Source: Diadema antillarum (Eukaryota). Taken from it: DNA of 64,000 nt. The notes under the pieces were generated by a model. It was not told the DNA's origin. It did not search any database and saw nothing but the letters and a program-made list of their open reading frames with translations. Positions 59,550 to 64,000 of the stretch are shown here, piece after piece. Both the position numbers and the translations under genes were made by a program. Location of the stretch: the NCBI RefSeq assembly GCF_040938485.1, contig NW_027272455.1, positions 434,001-498,000 on the forward strand, given 5' to 3'. Position 1 is the stretch's first letter; each line of letters starts with the position of its first letter.

Positions 59550-62500
59550 GTGACAATGTCAATCAGTACAATGGATGTTCAGGCATTTGTTCAGAGGACA
59601 GATTTGTCCCTCAGAGATTTGCAAAGGTTACGCAAATGTGATTTGACCGCTGTTGCACAGCATTTAAATGTAGATGTTCCACAAGGTGCAAGAAAGGCAG
59701 AGATTCTTGACTTAGTAGCTGGTCACATGGAGCTCAAAGAAGAAATTGATACTCCAGATCGAGCTCAAATTTCAGATCAAACACGGCTTGAGCTTGCTAA
59801 ATTGGAAATGAAGGAGAGAGAAAGAGCAAGGGAAGTAGAACTGGAAAAAGAGAAGATGAGATTAGAAAGAGAGAGGGAGAAAGAACAAATGGAAATGAGG
59901 AAATTCGAAATGGAGCAGCAAATGAAGTTGCGTGAGATAGAATTGACTCATGCACAGACTGTTGGAAATCGTGAAAGGGCTCCCTCTGAATTTGATTTGG
60001 CCAAGAACATTCGATTGGTGCCAAAGTTTGAAGAAAATAGAGTTGATGCATATTTTGTGTCATTTGAGAAGGTAGCTAACAGTTTGAACTGGCCACAGGA
60101 ATTTTGGCCCTTGCTCCTTCAAAGTGTGTTTGTCGGCAAAGCAGCTGATGTGTACTCATCTCTCTCTGAAGAGCAATCACGTGACTATGCTACAGTCAAG
60201 AAAGCAGTGTTGAATGCTTATGAGTTGGTGCCAGAGGCGTACAGACACAAGTTCAGAAATTCGTACCGCAGACCAGGCCAGACACATGTTGAGTTTGCTC
60301 GTGAAAAAGAAATGATGTTTGATAGGTGGTACAGATCCCTGAAAGTGGATCAGGACTTTGATAACCTACGTGAGGTTGTTCTCTTGGAAGAATTCAAAAA
60401 GAGTGTTGCTTTCAGTGTGAGGTCGCATTTGGATGATCATAAAGTGACAAGTTTGCATAAAGCAGCCTTGATGGCTGATGAGTATGAGCTGACCCACAGA
60501 AATGACAACAGACCACCTTTCAGGAATTTCTCTGGAAATAAGAGAGACAAAATTCAGTCGAGCAATCCAAAGAATGCTGGTCCTGAAAAAGGCACGAGTT
60601 CTGAAACTTCATCGGCACCAAAGCCTCAATCTGACAAAGGGTCCAGTACAAGTGCAAATGTCATCAAATGTTTTCACTGTAACAAGACAGGGCATGTAAA
60701 GTCACAGTGTTGGAAGTTGCAAAACAAAACAAAGAAGGACATGGGATTTGTCATGTCAAAAAGTGTCCTACCCGAAAACAGTGTCCCGTTCAGTGAAACA
60801 CAGGCCATTGAAAGTCAATCTCCCAAATTCAAAGATAGGATGAAGCAGGTGGATGAGAGCTATCGTAGCTTTTTGTTTGATGGTGAGGTGACCCCATGTA
60901 CCTCTGGTGAGGCAGGTAAGCCAGTGGTCATCCTGCGGGATACGGGGGCCTCTCAGTCGTTGATGGTGGATGGTGGTATGACTTTTCCACCAGATAGTGC
61001 AGTGAATGCAAAAGTCTTGATTCAGACTGTTGATGGCAGTTATATGTCAGTGCCACTGTATAGAGTGGATTTGAAGTGTGACCTAGTTTCTGGTCCTGTT
61101 ACTGTTGGAGTTGTTCCTGAGTTGCCCATGGCAGGCATTGATTTTTTGTTGGGGAATGACTTGGCTGGGGACAAGGTGGTTGCGTCTCCAGTTGTTTCGC
61201 ATAAACCAGTGGTGGTTGCTGAAACTGAGCAGTTGCAGGAGGAGTTTCCTGGGATTTTCCCAGATTGTGTTGTGACTAGGTCTCAGGCTCGTAGAGCTGT
61301 TCAAGATGATGCGGATTCTGTTGATGTGGAGGAGAATTCCGGTGTTTGGTTGGCAGAAACCTTTTTCAAGGATTTGAATGATGGGGTTGCTGTATTAGGC
61401 TCCGAGGCTAACAGCGATGGGCTGTTTAGCAAGTCTTCCTTGGTTGAAGCACAGCAGGCAGACTCTGAGTTGAAAGGCTTGTCTCAGACGGCGTGTTCTG
61501 AGGCTGAGGCTGAAAAGGTCCCTGAGTGCTATTATGTCAAAGATGGCATTTTGATGAGGAAGTGGAGACCTCCCCATAGGCCAGCTGATGAGGACTGGAC
61601 GGTGGTCCGTCAAGTTGTTGTCCCTCCTAGTTACCGCGGTGAGATCTTGAGGATTGCTCACGAGTTACCTGTTGGCGGCCATTTAGGCGTCAGAAAGACA
61701 AAGGATCGGATCATGAGGCATTTTTATTGGCCAGGGTTGAATGTGGATGTGGCTGAGTTTTGCAAGACTTGTCACACATGTCAGGTGGCTGGTAAACCAC
61801 AGCATTCAGTGAAGCCGGCGCCATTGATTCCGATACCTGCGTTTGAAGAACCATTCAGTCGGGTTCTAGTCGACTGTGTTGGACCTTTGCCTAGGACTAG
61901 GTCGGGTCACAAGTACCTCTTGACAATCATGGATATGTCTACACGGTTTCCAGAGGCTATCCCATTGAGAAATATCACTGCTAAGACTGTGGTAGATGCT
62001 CTAGTGCAGTTTTTCACTAGGTATGGGTTGCCCAAGGAAGTGCAGTCTGACCAAGGGTCAAACTTCATGTCAGGCATATTTCAAGAGGTGATGTATCGTT
62101 TGGGTGTGAAGCAGCTGAAGTCGTCAGCTTATCATCCCCAGTCCCAAGGTGCGTTGGAGCGCTACCACCAGACCCTAAAGACAATGATTAGGGCATTTTG
62201 TGAGGAGTATCCCGAGGATTGGGATAAGGGCATCCCTTTCCTACTATTCGCAACGAGGGACTCCCCAAATGAGTCGACGGGTTTCAGCCCATTTGAGTTG
62301 GTGTATGGTCATGAAGTTAGGGGCCCACTGAAGCTCATCAAAGAGAAATTCATGACTGAGGATGATGAGGTCCACCTACTTGACTACGTGTCAAAGTTTC
62401 GTGAAAGGCTTTCAAAGGCTTGTGAGGTAGCTAGGGAACACTTGAAAGTGTCACAAGACTCTATGAAGAGAAAGGCAGACAAAAATGCCAAAGCCCGAAC

Positions 62501-62708
62501 TTTCAACCCAGGTGACAAAGTTCTTGTATTGCTGCCCATACAAGGTGAACCACTGAAAGCCAAGTTCAGTGGCCCATACTGTGTCAAAAAGAAACTCAAT
62601 GATGTGAACCATGTGATCAGTACACCAGACAAATGCAAAGATCAGAGAATGTGTCATGTCAACATGTTGAAAGAGTGCTATGACAGAAAGTCAGTTGGTG
62701 TGACATAG
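59550..62708 (+). CDS. Gag-protease-integrase polyprotein, 1052 aa (likely ATG at 59556 or 59571); no RT or RNase H
   Basis: SCAN-related capsid; CCHC knuckle CFHCNKTGHVKSQC (60669-60710); aspartic protease DTG (60939); integrase HHCC (AHELPVGGH...CKTC); D-D(35)-E at 61872, 62049 and 62157; GPY module; stop at 62706-62708. Confidence 0.95.
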   Translation: MTMSISTMDVQAFVQRTDLSLRDLQRLRKCDLTAVAQHLNVDVPQGARKAEILDLVAGHMELKEEIDTPDRAQISDQTRLELAKLEMKERERAREVELEKEKMRLEREREKEQMEMRKFEMEQQMKLREIELTHAQTVGNRERAPSEFDLAKNIRLVPKFEENRVDAYFVSFEKVANSLNWPQEFWPLLLQSVFVGKAADVYSSLSEEQSRDYATVKKAVLNAYELVPEAYRHKFRNSYRRPGQTHVEFAREKEMMFDRWYRSLKVDQDFDNLREVVLLEEFKKSVAFSVRSHLDDHKVTSLHKAALMADEYELTHRNDNRPPFRNFSGNKRDKIQSSNPKNAGPEKGTSSETSSAPKPQSDKGSSTSANVIKCFHCNKTGHVKSQCWKLQNKTKKDMGFVMSKSVLPENSVPFSETQAIESQSPKFKDRMKQVDESYRSFLFDGEVTPCTSGEAGKPVVILRDTGASQSLMVDGGMTFPPDSAVNAKVLIQTVDGSYMSVPLYRVDLKCDLVSGPVTVGVVPELPMAGIDFLLGNDLAGDKVVASPVVSHKPVVVAETEQLQEEFPGIFPDCVVTRSQARRAVQDDADSVDVEENSGVWLAETFFKDLNDGVAVLGSEANSDGLFSKSSLVEAQQADSELKGLSQTACSEAEAEKVPECYYVKDGILMRKWRPPHRPADEDWTVVRQVVVPPSYRGEILRIAHELPVGGHLGVRKTKDRIMRHFYWPGLNVDVAEFCKTCHTCQVAGKPQHSVKPAPLIPIPAFEEPFSRVLVDCVGPLPRTRSGHKYLLTIMDMSTRFPEAIPLRNITAKTVVDALVQFFTRYGLPKEVQSDQGSNFMSGIFQEVMYRLGVKQLKSSAYHPQSQGALERYHQTLKTMIRAFCEEYPEDWDKGIPFLLFATRDSPNESTGFSPFELVYGHEVRGPLKLIKEKFMTEDDEVHLLDYVSKFRERLSKACEVAREHLKVSQDSMKRKADKNAKARTFNPGDKVLVLLPIQGEPLKAKFSGPYCVKKKLNDVNHVISTPDKCKDQRMCHVNMLKECYDRKSVGVT

Positions 62709-63026
62709 GTAGTGGATAGCATGGTAGAATTCAAGGGTGAAAAGTTTTCACCGCATATCATTTCCAGTGTATGTGTTTAGCATATTCATTAATGTGTGCA
62801 AAACAGTTTGATATGATTGTATAAGCTCCGAGAATCCAAGCAATATCATTGTAAATAGTATCCATGAAAAGAGAACATGGAATTAATATAGCTATCCAAA
62901 AGGCATGTGATAGTATGTGATTATTGTTGCTTGACTTGGACTTTACCTCACATTCGTTGTAAATAGCAATGAGAAATTGTGAAGGTAAAAGAAACCCTTG
63001 CTACAGCAAGGCTTTCTTTTTCCCAT

Positions 63027-63035
63027 GGGGGATGG
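63027..63035 (+). promoter_or_regulatory. Polypurine tract (GGGGGATGG) abutting the 3' LTR
   Basis: Purine-rich 9-mer directly before TGTCAC at 63036. Confidence 0.8.
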
Positions 63036-64000
63036 TGTCACAAATGTACACACTAGTAGTTATGTACATGTATGATGTACTGTATGCATGGTTGTTTTAA
63101 TGTGTATGTACACAGGTGGACCAGATTAATGGAGAACATTCTATGTGGTATACATATAGTACATACAGGCTGACCAGATCAGTGGAGAATTTTCTAGGTG
63201 GTATACAATGTAGCTATACAGTACATGCATGGAATAGGAAAAACATTATAGCTCACTCAATCTAGAATGATTTCACCCATTTCCAGAATGTTCTGGGAAG
63301 TGCTAACATATTTGGCTGAGTGAGGCACTGTCCCTGTAGCCCAATGTTATTGGTAGTTAATTTTGGTAATGATGTTTTGTACATAGTTAGGCAGTGAGTC
63401 ATCCAGGTTTCCTGGAACTTAGACTGGCTAGTAGGTTGGAGAGAGTTATAGAATGTGCTAGAAGGGGGTGAATGGATAGTATATAAGCCAGAGAAATTCT
63501 GCAGTAGGCAGAGTACCCAACACCTCTGCTCTGAGAGTTACGTCACTTCTGGCTCTGAAGCGACTTGTTATAGTCAGTCCTGTGTTACCTGCTGACCTGT
63601 TATGTTTGTGGAGATACTTGGCCTGGGAGACATTTTGCCTGCAGAGAATTAATGTGCCTTCATTGGACTCCATATTTTAATGTCAATGGACATTGCTACA
63701 GCAAAGCTGTGACGGGCTGGATTCCTAGCTGGACAATATAAAGTGAATCATCATCCAACGCATCGACTGGACGTGGTCGTTGGATTCTGCACATTTCGCT
63801 GTGAACAGTATACTGTGGATCTATTGTGGACATATACCCTGGATTTATAACGCGGACTATTGTAACCTGTGCCTCTGGATTTACGTCGCAGGAATCATTC
63901 ATCGGTGCATCGCGGATCATTCATTTGTGCATCGAACATCGTATCTGGACACTACCAGGGAACTGTAGCAACTTTGTGATAGTTTGGATGCATGTAAGTG
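63036..64000 (+). repeat. 3' LTR (first 965 bp; predicted end about 64160)
   Basis: No mismatch to 58289-59253 found by eye; three LTR ORFs have identical translations in both copies. Confidence 0.93.

Larger units (their letters stand above)
58289..64000 (+). mobile_element. Gmr1-like Ty3/Gypsy LTR element lacking RT/RNase H (3' LTR runs off the window)
   Basis: 5' LTR, PBS, one gag-PR-IN ORF, PPT and 3' LTR; the LTR copies are offset by exactly 4747 bp. Confidence 0.93.

Overview
AT-rich, intron-rich animal genomic DNA, most like a marine invertebrate deuterostome such as an echinoderm (inferred from repeat style, not proven), with two assembly gaps. (1) 4.2-17.9 kb, + strand: the last 8 coding exons of a casein kinase I gamma gene (CSNK1G/gilgamesh); the N-terminal exons lie outside the window. 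(2) 33.7-46.1 kb, + strand: a complete 12-exon AGGF1 orthologue (coiled coil, OCRE, FHA, G-patch) of about 1,135 aa, with long N- and C-terminal extensions and a SLiM-rich exon 6. (3) About 56.5-56.7 kb, - strand: a probable terminal exon of a convergent gene with a PPxY tail. (4) 58.3-64 kb: an apparently very young Gmr1-type Ty3/Gypsy LTR element. Its LTRs look identical and its single intact 1052-aa ORF encodes Gag-protease-integrase, but no reverse transcriptase or RNase H is present. This is the most striking object in the window. The rest holds many non-autonomous DNA transposons, including a 2.9-kb TIR element carrying a higher-order minisatellite next to the AGGF1 promoter, plus CR1/Crack-like and RTE-like LINE fragments and simple repeats. 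No rRNA, tRNA or CRISPR features were supportable. All alignments were done by eye.
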